A stretch of DNA of 60,009 bases from Methanothrix sp. (GTDB lineage: Archaea; Halobacteriota; Methanosarcinia; Methanotrichales; Methanotrichaceae): contig JBAXWY010000012.1 in assembly GCA_037128175.1 (NCBI GenBank), forward strand, positions 1 through 60,009, read 5' to 3'. Below the pieces are notes generated by a model. The model was not told where the DNA came from. It did not search any database and was given only the letters and a program-made list of their open reading frames with translations. The position numbers were made by a program, and so were the translations under genes. This document shows positions 26,863 through 36,193 of this stretch, piece after piece. The stretch's first letter is position 1. Each line of letters begins with the position of its first letter.

Positions 26863-29800
26863 TTAATCTTCCTCAAAGCTAAATTGCTTGAACTTAAGGG
26901 TCCTGCAGTTCTCGGATACGGTCCTAAGGGTCCTTTCACCCGCACCGCTCGGAATATCAGCCTCGATCTCCATAGTAACCTTGACTTTTGCCCCAATTTC
27001 CAGTTCAAGATGTTGAATGATAGCTTCTGCGATATTACCGGCATCTCTCCCCGCTCTCTTCGGATCCAGTTCCACGGTACCGAAGAATCGACGGACCTTT
27101 TTAGGTGCTTGAATGACCTCTTTTTCGTCTCCAGATTTGTTCTTCTCTTCCTTATTTCTGCTATCGTCTTGTGTCTTTCCCTCGCGTACTGCCCTAGCTT
27201 TTGCATCCTCGTCGATCTGCGCCTGGGCTACATCCGGTTTGACAAGTAGACTTTCACCGTCGTCATTTATTGTGCTTCGGCCCGTTCCAAATACCAACCC
27301 AAGATATCTTCCGTCCTCGTTTAACCGATCGGCATAGCCAAAGTAATCCTGGCCGACAAGCCCGGACGAAATTGCATTCAAGAGAACATCCTCGTTAGCC
27401 AGACGGGGCAAGTAGAGATATGTGCAGAAGTATCCCCATAGCTTGCGGATACTTACGTGAGGTACGTCTTTCCAGAGTAGTCTCTCCAGTTCCATCTGCA
27501 GGCGGGCCGAAGACCATTTAACTATCAGTTGCTCATCGGCCAATAGCCTCTTGCTGACCTTTTCCGGGAGCAATTCCTTATCGGAGCTGTTAATCCTGGC
27601 AAAAATCCATGTTATGCCTGCTTCATCGGGTCGCTCTTGTGTTGGAACCAATAGCCAGATGAAGGTCTCTGTCATTCTTGAGCTGACTGCTTCCTCGGAA
27701 CGCTTTATTCCATCTTTGACCTGTTGTCTCTGGAAGGAATCGAGGTTAAGTGTGTCTGTGTCTTTCTCAATAGACCTCCAGGCCAATAGCTGCCGTACAG
27801 AGTGGCGCAGCTCATAAAGGCGCTCGCTATCTGGGGCAACGAAGACCAGCATATTTCTGTAGATTCTTGGTCCCGCTCCTCTCTCGCTTAATATTTTTGA
27901 TGCTTGATCAAGCGCCGAGCTTGGTGATCCTTTCTTGGAGCTGTGGGAATATTCCGGCCCCAGGATCACGAGCCTTGCCTCCATCTCATCGTTCACGTCG
28001 GCTGAGGTGGAGGGAGCGATGTGTTGAAAAGCAAAGTTGCCGGCGCCCTGTCTCACCCTTAGCCGATTGACGATCTCTAAATCAACATCTTCCGGACGGC
28101 GCAGAAGATCCTCGGCTCTGTCCGCAGCTTCTCGGTTTACGCTGGGCTTGGTATCAAACCAGTATCTGCTTTCATTGCCGAAGAGATAGGTGAGCTGCTC
28201 GCTCATTCTACGCAGGGCATCTCCAAAGGTCGCCGGCACCTCTCCTGGCTGGACGCAGCCGAGCTTGATTCTCAGCTCCTCCAGGCCGCGCACCTTTTGG
28301 GCACCCACTGAAGGAGCACTGCCGATGAAAACCGTCCTTGAGACGCGCCGACAGGCAGAGTAGCGGCCCAGGTTAGGATTGTCCCTATCGATGGCAATGG
28401 GCTTGCTGGTAGGACCGTCAATATCTGTATCTATGATGGGACCCCAGCTATCAGGAAGATTCCTGGTGATCTCGAAGCGGACATCGGCGCTGTCCAACGG
28501 CAGAGTCCCAGGCATGATGAGCAGGGATTTGTCGTTGCGCTCCCAAAGATCGTGGATAACCGCTGCCATGAGCCGCAGCACGCCGCGAGTGCGCTGGAAT
28601 CGCTCCAGAGTAGACCAGTCCTGGTAAAGCCGGTCGAAAAGCTCGGGATGAATGGGATAGCAGTCCTTCAGCCTGCGCTCGTAGTCGGAATCGGCGCAGT
28701 CTCTGGGAAATTCGCCCCGGTTTTGGCGGTATAGTTCGGCGAAGGCTCGGCAGACGGCGTCCCTGGATACATAATCGGTCATGGGCTCAAAGAGCCGCCG
28801 ACGGACGATGGAGAAGCTCTCTTCGGCATTGGCGGGCCTCCAGACGGCCTCGACCCGGCCAAAGATGTTCTGGATGCGCCGGAGGGCCTCCTGACCTGCG
28901 TCTCCTCCTATCTCGGCATTGGAGGCGGGGATGCTGGCCACAACCAATGCTCTCTCGGCTCTCTTGGCGGCCTCGGTCAGGGCCTGGACAAAGGTCATAT
29001 TGGCCTCAAAAGTCCCCGCGGACAGCCTGGTCTCGTGCTCGGAGCGCGGCTGGTAGAGATTGCGCAAAAATGCGATCCACTCATCGATGAGGATCAAGGC
29101 GGGACTGAAGCGTTCGAATAGCTCTTTGAGGGTGTCGGAGCCAGGACTAGTGCCGGTGGCATCATTTTCGGCGACCATGCTGTAACCCTCCAGGCCGCCC
29201 AGTTGATAGGCCATCTCTCCCCAGAGTGTGTTGACCTTGATTCCTTCCGGCTTGGCTGTGCCCAGAGCCACATTCAGTTTGGTGCCCACAAGAACCGCTC
29301 TGTGAGCCACGGGAAGCCTATCGATGCCTAGTTCACTGAGCACCTGCTCAAATCCCTGGATCTTGCCGGGAGTGAGAGCCCCGCCTGCCAGATGGTAGAG
29401 AGCGATCATGCTGTGCGTCTTGCCGCCGCCGAAGTTGGTCTGTAGCTCAACCACGGGATCGCTGGATAGGCCAGAGAGCCTCTTCAGACCCAGCACCAGC
29501 AGATGCTTGAGGCCGTCTGTGATGTAGGTGCGACTGAAGAATTCCTCAGGATCACGGTACTCGTTTTCGGCCTCTCCAGTTACGACCTGAGATAGATCTG
29601 CGGCGAACTCAGCCTGGCGGTAGCGACCGTTTGCAACATCTGGATGAGGCATGGCAATATCGCGCCAGGATTTAAGGCCAGCCAGGGGCCTTGACTCGGT
29701 GACGATCTCAGCGCTCTTCTTCAGCTCCCGTTTTGTTTCCTCTTCGAAGCGCTGGCGCATCATCTCCCTGGCGCTGGCCTGAATGGACGAAGCCTCAGGC

Positions 29801-30198
29801 GAGGAGATCATCTCCAAAAGGCGCTGCATGGTATCAAGAGCGCGGTAAGCGTCTTCTGTGGAAAAGGCCTGTTGATGGGCCCAGCGGTTTCTGATCTCTC
29901 GCAGCTCGCTGATGTAGCTTCTGCCAGAGTGTCCCAGCTTTGGCTGGAAAACATCTCGGGACCAGTTCTCCCATATTATTACGAGCAGGGCCATGATATC
30001 CAGCCGGGCGAACCTCTCCTCTTCCGTCCCTCCCGCCTGGGCTTCGGCACCCATTCTTGTTCCTAGGGTCTTCTCTACTCCGTCCAAAAACCAGATGTTG
30101 CCAAAGAAAGCCTTCAGCTCCCTCTCCACAAAGGGCTGGATGCCTTTTTTTAGGACCTCCAGCCCTTTGCCGACCCGCTCGTGATTGCTAATTGCCAA
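26863..30198 (-). CDS. Swt1-like HEPN domain fused to DUF499 (BrxC-related) AAA+ ATPase
   Basis: N-terminal RNRWAH (RX4H); PHPDV, EFAADL, Walker A FGGGKTH, LIDE, YPIHP, FQRTRGVLR; likely TTG start at 30198. Confidence 0.85.
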   Translation of the reverse strand: MAISNHERVGKGLEVLKKGIQPFVERELKAFFGNIWFLDGVEKTLGTRMGAEAQAGGTEEERFARLDIMALLVIIWENWSRDVFQPKLGHSGRSYISELREIRNRWAHQQAFSTEDAYRALDTMQRLLEMISSPEASSIQASAREMMRQRFEEETKRELKKSAEIVTESRPLAGLKSWRDIAMPHPDVANGRYRQAEFAADLSQVVTGEAENEYRDPEEFFSRTYITDGLKHLLVLGLKRLSGLSSDPVVELQTNFGGGKTHSMIALYHLAGGALTPGKIQGFEQVLSELGIDRLPVAHRAVLVGTKLNVALGTAKPEGIKVNTLWGEMAYQLGGLEGYSMVAENDATGTSPGSDTLKELFERFSPALILIDEWIAFLRNLYQPRSEHETRLSAGTFEANMTFVQALTEAAKRAERALVVASIPASNAEIGGDAGQEALRRIQNIFGRVEAVWRPANAEESFSIVRRRLFEPMTDYVSRDAVCRAFAELYRQNRGEFPRDCADSDYERRLKDCYPIHPELFDRLYQDWSTLERFQRTRGVLRLMAAVIHDLWERNDKSLLIMPGTLPLDSADVRFEITRNLPDSWGPIIDTDIDGPTSKPIAIDRDNPNLGRYSACRRVSRTVFIGSAPSVGAQKVRGLEELRIKLGCVQPGEVPATFGDALRRMSEQLTYLFGNESRYWFDTKPSVNREAADRAEDLLRRPEDVDLEIVNRLRVRQGAGNFAFQHIAPSTSADVNDEMEARLVILGPEYSHSSKKGSPSSALDQASKILSERGAGPRIYRNMLVFVAPDSERLYELRHSVRQLLAWRSIEKDTDTLNLDSFQRQQVKDGIKRSEEAVSSRMTETFIWLLVPTQERPDEAGITWIFARINSSDKELLPEKVSKRLLADEQLIVKWSSARLQMELERLLWKDVPHVSIRKLWGYFCTYLYLPRLANEDVLLNAISSGLVGQDYFGYADRLNEDGRYLGLVFGTGRSTINDDGESLLVKPDVAQAQIDEDAKARAVREGKTQDDSRNKEEKNKSGDEKEVIQAPKKVRRFFGTVELDPKRAGRDAGNIAEAIIQHLELEIGAKVKVTMEIEADIPSGAGERTLRTVSENCRTLKFKQFSFEED

Positions 30199-30251
30199 CT
30201 TCCCAACTCTCCCTTGTACTGAGATCTGACTTTTTTTATTATCCCGTAGTA

Positions 30252-30881
30252 TTAAACTTCCCAATGGGGTGCAAATACTTCAAGCGCTTTTAGAGTTCTC
30301 TCTAGGCTGGGGGAATGCAGGCGTGCCTTTGAGGGGTTCCACGCCTCCCTGACAAAGGAAACCAGCCGTTCGTTGTATGCAGGGCCCTGCTTTGCAGTGC
30401 TCCTGATTCTTGGTAAAATATCCTCCCGGAGGTCTCGCTTTCTTGAGATTCGGGCTAAATTGATCAGATGCGCCTTGGGATCGCTCAAATCATCGGGATT
30501 TTTTGGTAGTTTATCTCTGGCGATGCCAAGAAATTTGGCGAAACCAAAGCGATCCGCAAGCAACCATGATTCTACTTCCCTTACAGCGATGCGAAAAATG
30601 AGATTGTGATTTCTCGCCACCCGTAACCACTCTCGAATCATCGAAGGGGCGCACTCCCTCATATCCAGGTCAGTGAGGATCAGGTACGGCATGCCTTTCG
30701 ATGCGTCATTAAATCCAAAGATGTTTCTTTTTAGATAACCGTATCCGCGCCCGCTTAATTGTTTTCCAACGCAAAAGCGCTTCTCCGAAGAGAGCAAGCT
30801 CGGGCTTTGAAGGAGTCGGAGGAGAACTTCCAGACTAAGGTCATCCTCATATGCCAGATTGATGGGGATTTCGACAGTCAA
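30252..30881 (-). CDS. DUF4276-like (TOPRIM-type) putative nuclease
   Basis: YED near the N-terminus, TDLD, EVESWLLAD, SPSL; adjacent to an ABC ATPase. Confidence 0.65.
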   Translation of the reverse strand: MTVEIPINLAYEDDLSLEVLLRLLQSPSLLSSEKRFCVGKQLSGRGYGYLKRNIFGFNDASKGMPYLILTDLDMRECAPSMIREWLRVARNHNLIFRIAVREVESWLLADRFGFAKFLGIARDKLPKNPDDLSDPKAHLINLARISRKRDLREDILPRIRSTAKQGPAYNERLVSFVREAWNPSKARLHSPSLERTLKALEVFAPHWEV

Positions 30882-30882
30882 A

Positions 30883-32028
30883 TCAAATGCCCCACGAACT
30901 CAAGGCTCTCTGAGGATTGGTTATTGGAAGCAGGGCGTCTGCAATACTTAAGCCACCCTCCAGAAGGTCGTTTATCTCTTTTTGCGAAGTTGCGACCTGG
31001 ACCTCAGTACCTTCAGGGCCGGGTATGAGAAGTAAAACTTCCTCGCCGCCGATTCCTTTGTCCGAAAGAAGATCAGGACTGTGGGTGCTCAGCATTACCT
31101 GCCTTTTTGTCTGTCTTTGCAGCCTTGAGATCATAGGAGCAAGCTTACTTACTATCCCTGCGTTCAACGAAAGCTCAGGCTCTTCAAGCAATAGAAGCGA
31201 TTTTCCCTCCTGGAGCGACCAGAGAAGGGCAATTAAACGAAGAGTACCATCAGAGAATTGATCCTCTCGTTGCTTTCCGGCTTTTGGCCGCCAGTGAGTA
31301 TAGACTGCCTCAAGATGGGGGGCACCGGTTTCGTCCTTGATGAAAGAGAGTTCTTTGAGTTGAGGCACAACGTCGTGGAGTGCACTCTCGATCTTATTCA
31401 GCCGAGAGCTTCTGGTCTTATCGCTCGTTTTAGCGAGGTCCTCCAGGAATCTTTTGCCAAAGGGGTCGCCTGGCATATCCTGGCCAGGGAATGCATCAGG
31501 ATAGCGAAGAAGCTGGGGTACGAGGTGCATGTACTGGATGGTGGTTAAGAAGGCAGCGATCTCTCTGAAGAGTAAATTTGAATTGATCTGCTCAAGGTGG
31601 GTCTGGGTAAGACGTTGAGCATCTTCTTTATCGTGCTCGTCGGGCCTGTCTACGATCAGCTCATTGTCCGACCAAACTTTCTCGTAAACCAAGACAGGAC
31701 GACGCTTTCCTCCTTTTTCCTGGGTAATGCCGATAGCGTACTTCCATTTGACCGGCTCCTCAGAGGACTCGGCCAGATGAATCTCGACCTCGACATTTGA
31801 GCTTCTCCTGGCAGAGAGGCACCGGATCTTAGGAAGGCGTCCCCGGTCAGCTACTGCTTTCTGAAGACCGCCCCCATCCTTGGCGATGTCGCGGAGGAAG
31901 CGGAAGACATCCAGGAGGTTGGACTTGCCAGAGGCATTGGGGCCGACCAGGATAATCCTTTCCTGCAAAGGCACGTCTACGCTCTGGAAGTTGCGCCAGT
32001 TCTTCAGAATCAGCCGGGAGATGATCAT
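30883..32028 (-). CDS. ABC-type (AAA_21/SMC-like) ATPase
   Basis: GPNASGKS, FSDGT signature, LLLEEPE Walker B, STHS H-loop. Confidence 0.88.
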   Translation of the reverse strand: MIISRLILKNWRNFQSVDVPLQERIILVGPNASGKSNLLDVFRFLRDIAKDGGGLQKAVADRGRLPKIRCLSARRSSNVEVEIHLAESSEEPVKWKYAIGITQEKGGKRRPVLVYEKVWSDNELIVDRPDEHDKEDAQRLTQTHLEQINSNLLFREIAAFLTTIQYMHLVPQLLRYPDAFPGQDMPGDPFGKRFLEDLAKTSDKTRSSRLNKIESALHDVVPQLKELSFIKDETGAPHLEAVYTHWRPKAGKQREDQFSDGTLRLIALLWSLQEGKSLLLLEEPELSLNAGIVSKLAPMISRLQRQTKRQVMLSTHSPDLLSDKGIGGEEVLLLIPGPEGTEVQVATSQKEINDLLEGGLSIADALLPITNPQRALSSWGI

Positions 32029-32067
32029 CTATGGATATTACTATCTCGAAGTATTTTAACTCTCGGA

Positions 32068-34875
32068 TTATTGAAAGCTATCCAGGTCCCTCTGAGCCTC
32101 TTTTTCCCGGGAAAGCTCGGAGAGCCTGGGCCAGACCATCACCAGTGAGTTGTAGGCCAGAGCCTCCTGGCTCCAGCTCTTCCGCTCGCAGATGGAGTAG
32201 AGCCGGTAGGCCAGGTCTCGGGCGTTCTGGGCGTGGCCTCCCAGTTTTTGCAGCAGCACTGCTGCGCCCCCTTCGCCCCGGCTCTCCAAAGCCAGGATCA
32301 GGTACTGCGTCGCTTCCCAGACGGTGAGGCGGCTGTCCGATTCCGGCGACCAGGAGGCATCCATCTCCTCTCTTTTCAGCAGCCGGGCCCTGCCCGCACC
32401 GGCCTTGAGGATTCCCGCCTGAATCATGCCGGAGACTGAGGTGTTCTTGGCTTTGGAGAGCGTCTCAGCATCACCGAAGGGGCCTTCGGTCATGCCGTAC
32501 TGCTCGAACCAGGATAGAGCCCAGCGGGTGTCGGCATCGTACTCGCCCTCCTGCTCGGAGAGGTACTCGTCCAGATGGACATTGATCAGTTGCAAGGCCG
32601 TGCGCACACGCATGGGCTCGCCGTTGGCCTCCAGGACTTTGCAATAGCGGGAGAAGATGGACATGCCAGGACCGATGGCCGCCTGGGCCAGGTCCACGGG
32701 AGCGATGTTGCCCTTTTGCAGTTGCCGCAGGGCCTCGGGCAGCTCCCGCTTCAGGGCGGAGAGAAACTCCCGGCGGGTGGCCACGGGCGCGTCTTCAGGA
32801 CGGGGGCGGCAGACGAGGACGATGGAGGAAGCGAGGGCGTTAGAGCCAAGTGAAATGCTCCTGCTATTGCGCTCTGTTCTCATCGGCCAAGTGCCAGTGA
32901 TAACAAATTTGGCATCAATGAGTCCATCTAGCATGGTTTCCCAACCAGTTGAAGCAATTGTAGCTGTAATTGATTTTATATTGCCTTTTTCTTCGTCCTT
33001 TTCAGTTTGCTTGAACGCGTAATAAACGGTAACAGGATAATTTGGATCAGCGCTGATTCTTATATTTTGAAATGTATTCTTTAATCCATCCTCAAAAAAT
33101 AATCGAGCTTTTTCCTTGTCACCGTTAAACCGATAAGGTGTTGCCACCAATTCATTCGCCATTGGTACAAGCAAAGTACTAAAGAGATCTGGATATACAT
33201 TTTTCAAAGATCGCCGAAGCCAAATATAGAAATAGTTAGAAAGATCTGCGTATCCAATATTATCGTAATATGGTGGATCTGTTGAGACAATTTGCAGAGA
33301 ATCATAGCTCGATTGTAATGTAGCATCTATCTGACGAGAGAATCCTTTAGCTGTTGTGGGTAAGCCTTTCTGAAGCGCTTCAGCGATTCCATCAAGGCTA
33401 ACTGATAAATCCCCCGCAGCACCAGCTAAGGGATTTACTTCAGCAAAATCCCAGACCATTGGAAGCGCTTGTTTTGTAAAAGTATGGGCAGCTTGATCTC
33501 TGCTCTGACTCCATGTCACAAGAGTGCTATTATAATCAGTCAGCTTCGAAAGGCCGAAAGCAAGATATGTGGCGACTGAATCCGCATACGCCTGCGCACC
33601 CAAGCCATCTTCATTACTGCCTAGGCCATCGTCCACTAGACCCACCGCCTTAGCATCCTTCAAGACTCGATACCTGACCTCGCCAACAAGGTCGCTTGAT
33701 GCCGTTAATGTGACAAGCTGGCGAGAAGTGAAGAGGTCCCCAAATGTTGTCATTCCGTAGTTTGGCGTTTTGAAATCACGCGGATTATTTGGCAGTTCGA
33801 TATCAGGTTTCCAGGCAGGTTCAACACCGATAGCCAAGTTAGCATGGTCCAACAATGGTGAAATGTAAACTCGTCCGCGTTCGCCTTCGACAACAATTGC
33901 CATAAGCTGCGCCACCATCCGCTTTGCCTTTCCTTCCGCCCGGATGTGATTGAAGCCTACTGACGTTCCACAGGCGATACAGCGCGCTCCCCGGCGGTTG
34001 ACTGTACCCTCTGGTGGTTGTCCTTGGCCGGTCTGAACTTCGAATCTGATAACACGATTATTACCACTACTATCAATCAAAGGCTGCGTCCACGCCTCTT
34101 TTCCCTTTTTCGTGGAAAGCGAAAACGACCTCACCAGAGGCATCATCGCTCCGCAGGCCGGATTGGGGCACTTCACAGTCCTGGTCCAAAGCCAGGCGAT
34201 AACCGTGGCCTCGCTGCCATCGGCAAGCTTTGCTTTCGGATAAAGGTGACCAATCCTCTTTTCGGCCTCATCCCGCATCCATTTTCCGTAGTAGCGCACG
34301 TCCTCAGCTAAACCGGCGGCCCCCGGCCAGTCCTGCCCCTCGATCTTCTTTTGCATATTCTTGCGCGCCTCAGGATTCACGGGCGGCATTCCGGCAAACT
34401 GGGGTGGGATCTCGATAAGGGCCTTGGTGATCAGTACCGCTACGGGATTCAGATCGCTGCCGTGCGCCTCCAGGCCCAGGCGCTGCGCTTCCAGGGGAAT
34501 GGAGCCGCCGCCGCAAAAGGGATCGAGGACCGGGGGTGGATGGCCGTTCGTGGCCTTCAGGATCTCCCGGCGGGCTTCGTTCAAAACAATCTCATTGTTG
34601 GTGTTCTCCCAGAGCACCAGCCGCTCGATGATCCGGAAAAGTCTCTGGCGCTCCGTCTCCTGCGCCTCCTCGGTGGGAAACTCTTCGGGACGGCTGGAGG
34701 GATCGTCAACGATGGAGGCAAAGAGCACCGCTCGGCAGGCGGCCAGCGGGCGCCGTGCCCACCAGAGGTGCAGCGTGGAGGGATGGCCGTGGCGGATGGA
34801 CTTCTCCCGAGCCGAGGCTACGTTGATGGCCTCCAGGGGCAGGGCGACCTCGATGAGCTTCTTGCGGTAGGGCAT
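32068..34875 (-). CDS. DUF1156 adenine-specific DNA methyltransferase
   Basis: LHLWWARRPLAACRA, DPFCGGGSIPLEA, TDPPYY catalytic motif. Confidence 0.9.
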   Translation of the reverse strand: MPYRKKLIEVALPLEAINVASAREKSIRHGHPSTLHLWWARRPLAACRAVLFASIVDDPSSRPEEFPTEEAQETERQRLFRIIERLVLWENTNNEIVLNEARREILKATNGHPPPVLDPFCGGGSIPLEAQRLGLEAHGSDLNPVAVLITKALIEIPPQFAGMPPVNPEARKNMQKKIEGQDWPGAAGLAEDVRYYGKWMRDEAEKRIGHLYPKAKLADGSEATVIAWLWTRTVKCPNPACGAMMPLVRSFSLSTKKGKEAWTQPLIDSSGNNRVIRFEVQTGQGQPPEGTVNRRGARCIACGTSVGFNHIRAEGKAKRMVAQLMAIVVEGERGRVYISPLLDHANLAIGVEPAWKPDIELPNNPRDFKTPNYGMTTFGDLFTSRQLVTLTASSDLVGEVRYRVLKDAKAVGLVDDGLGSNEDGLGAQAYADSVATYLAFGLSKLTDYNSTLVTWSQSRDQAAHTFTKQALPMVWDFAEVNPLAGAAGDLSVSLDGIAEALQKGLPTTAKGFSRQIDATLQSSYDSLQIVSTDPPYYDNIGYADLSNYFYIWLRRSLKNVYPDLFSTLLVPMANELVATPYRFNGDKEKARLFFEDGLKNTFQNIRISADPNYPVTVYYAFKQTEKDEEKGNIKSITATIASTGWETMLDGLIDAKFVITGTWPMRTERNSRSISLGSNALASSIVLVCRPRPEDAPVATRREFLSALKRELPEALRQLQKGNIAPVDLAQAAIGPGMSIFSRYCKVLEANGEPMRVRTALQLINVHLDEYLSEQEGEYDADTRWALSWFEQYGMTEGPFGDAETLSKAKNTSVSGMIQAGILKAGAGRARLLKREEMDASWSPESDSRLTVWEATQYLILALESRGEGGAAVLLQKLGGHAQNARDLAYRLYSICERKSWSQEALAYNSLVMVWPRLSELSREKEAQRDLDSFQ

Positions 34876-34876
34876 G

Positions 34877-35380
34877 TTATCCTCCTTGACAGTTACTGGG
34901 TAAAATTGAAGATATTAAGGACTGGCGGCCCAAGAGAATGATCTGATTCAATAATCCTGAAGGTTTCGATTCACTCTCACTCTTGAAACCACCTGATGAC
35001 AAGGAAAAATTGATGTAGCAAAAAGATTGAGGAGGCACAAAATCAGGTATTAGCTCAACAGGATCAATCGGATCTTCGAATTTCTCAACGTTCTTGATCT
35101 CGATAGCGAATCCTTTCTTGTTATTCTGGAAATAGTTAAAGAATTCTCGTTCATTCAATCCTGAAAATTCATTTAGACGATCCCATAAGCTCTCTGGTCG
35201 ATCCTCTATTATATCTCCTACTCTAAATGCTCCAATAATCTTCTTTACGGGAGATGAGGAATAAATATATACAATATCTAAATAGTTTTTCTTAAATATT
35301 ACTTTTCGAAACTCATACTTCTTCCGACCACTTATTATCGATTCGGCATATTTTGGTTTAATCGATAGTAAAACGTTCAT
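34877..35380 (-). CDS. ASCH-domain protein
   Basis: LLSIKPKYA..I..G.KKYEFRK, IYSSSPVKKIIG, PPQSFCY. Confidence 0.85.
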   Translation of the reverse strand: MNVLLSIKPKYAESIISGRKKYEFRKVIFKKNYLDIVYIYSSSPVKKIIGAFRVGDIIEDRPESLWDRLNEFSGLNEREFFNYFQNNKKGFAIEIKNVEKFEDPIDPVELIPDFVPPQSFCYINFSLSSGGFKSESESKPSGLLNQIILLGRQSLISSILPSNCQGG

Positions 35381-35401
35381 CGATGCCGCCCATAGTTATT
35401 A

Positions 35402-36148
35402 TTATTCGATCCTCTCCCACAACGATTTTATTTTCTCTCGATAACGTTTCACACCTTCGATATATTCTCTGTTTTCTTTTTCTACATCGATTAACTTCCC
35501 CTCGTTCAGAAAGGCAAAGAGGGTAATGTCTCCATGTGGCTCTAAACCCTTATGGCAGGTCTGACACAATGTAATCAAATTGTCATCTTCTGTCAGTCCA
35601 CCCACTCCAAAGGGACGAATATGATGTACATGAAGCTCAATATCAGTATAGTCTCTGTGGCTCCGACCACAAATTGCGCATTTGTAGCCCTCTCTTTTTA
35701 TGATTTTCATACGCAGTTTGGGTGTAGGTGCCTTATTGAAAGCCACATTAGGTAACGATTCAACTGATTTGAAGCCAGCAAAACCAGAACGTACAACTTC
35801 ACATGGCTCGACCAATTCACGCAAGGAAGCTCTTCCTTGGACAATGCTCTTCTCGATAAGGACGTTGCCGCCTAGGAGAAAAAAGACCAAAAGATGAGAA
35901 TTAGTATTTACGACTAAGTAGTATTGTCCAATGGATTTCCAAGCATCTGCCATGCACTCGGGATTCACAATAGAAGCAACTCGAAATTCTTTTTTTAGGT
36001 CATTATCAACTAATCCGCAAAAGTGCGTTTGAGCATCCCAAACAATTTTGCCGGATTTATTAGCATACAAAGTGAGCGCATAATACTCCTTGTCCGGTTT
36101 AATCAGTCTCATTTCTTTAATTATAGATTCTATGGATGCTTTCTTCAT
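35402..36148 (-). CDS. HNH endonuclease with uncharacterised N-terminal domain
   Basis: CAICG...LHVHHI.P...GG....NLITLCQTCH. Confidence 0.85.
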   Translation of the reverse strand: MKKASIESIIKEMRLIKPDKEYYALTLYANKSGKIVWDAQTHFCGLVDNDLKKEFRVASIVNPECMADAWKSIGQYYLVVNTNSHLLVFFLLGGNVLIEKSIVQGRASLRELVEPCEVVRSGFAGFKSVESLPNVAFNKAPTPKLRMKIIKREGYKCAICGRSHRDYTDIELHVHHIRPFGVGGLTEDDNLITLCQTCHKGLEPHGDITLFAFLNEGKLIDVEKENREYIEGVKRYREKIKSLWERIE

Positions 36149-36193
36149 CGTAGTCTCTATCCCGAACCTGAGTGCTTGCTTTCCCCAAACCTT

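Noticed and set aside
30252-32028. Firm call as PARIS (AriA/AriB)
   Set aside because: The partner looks DUF4276-like rather than DUF4435; cannot be assigned without an HMM search.
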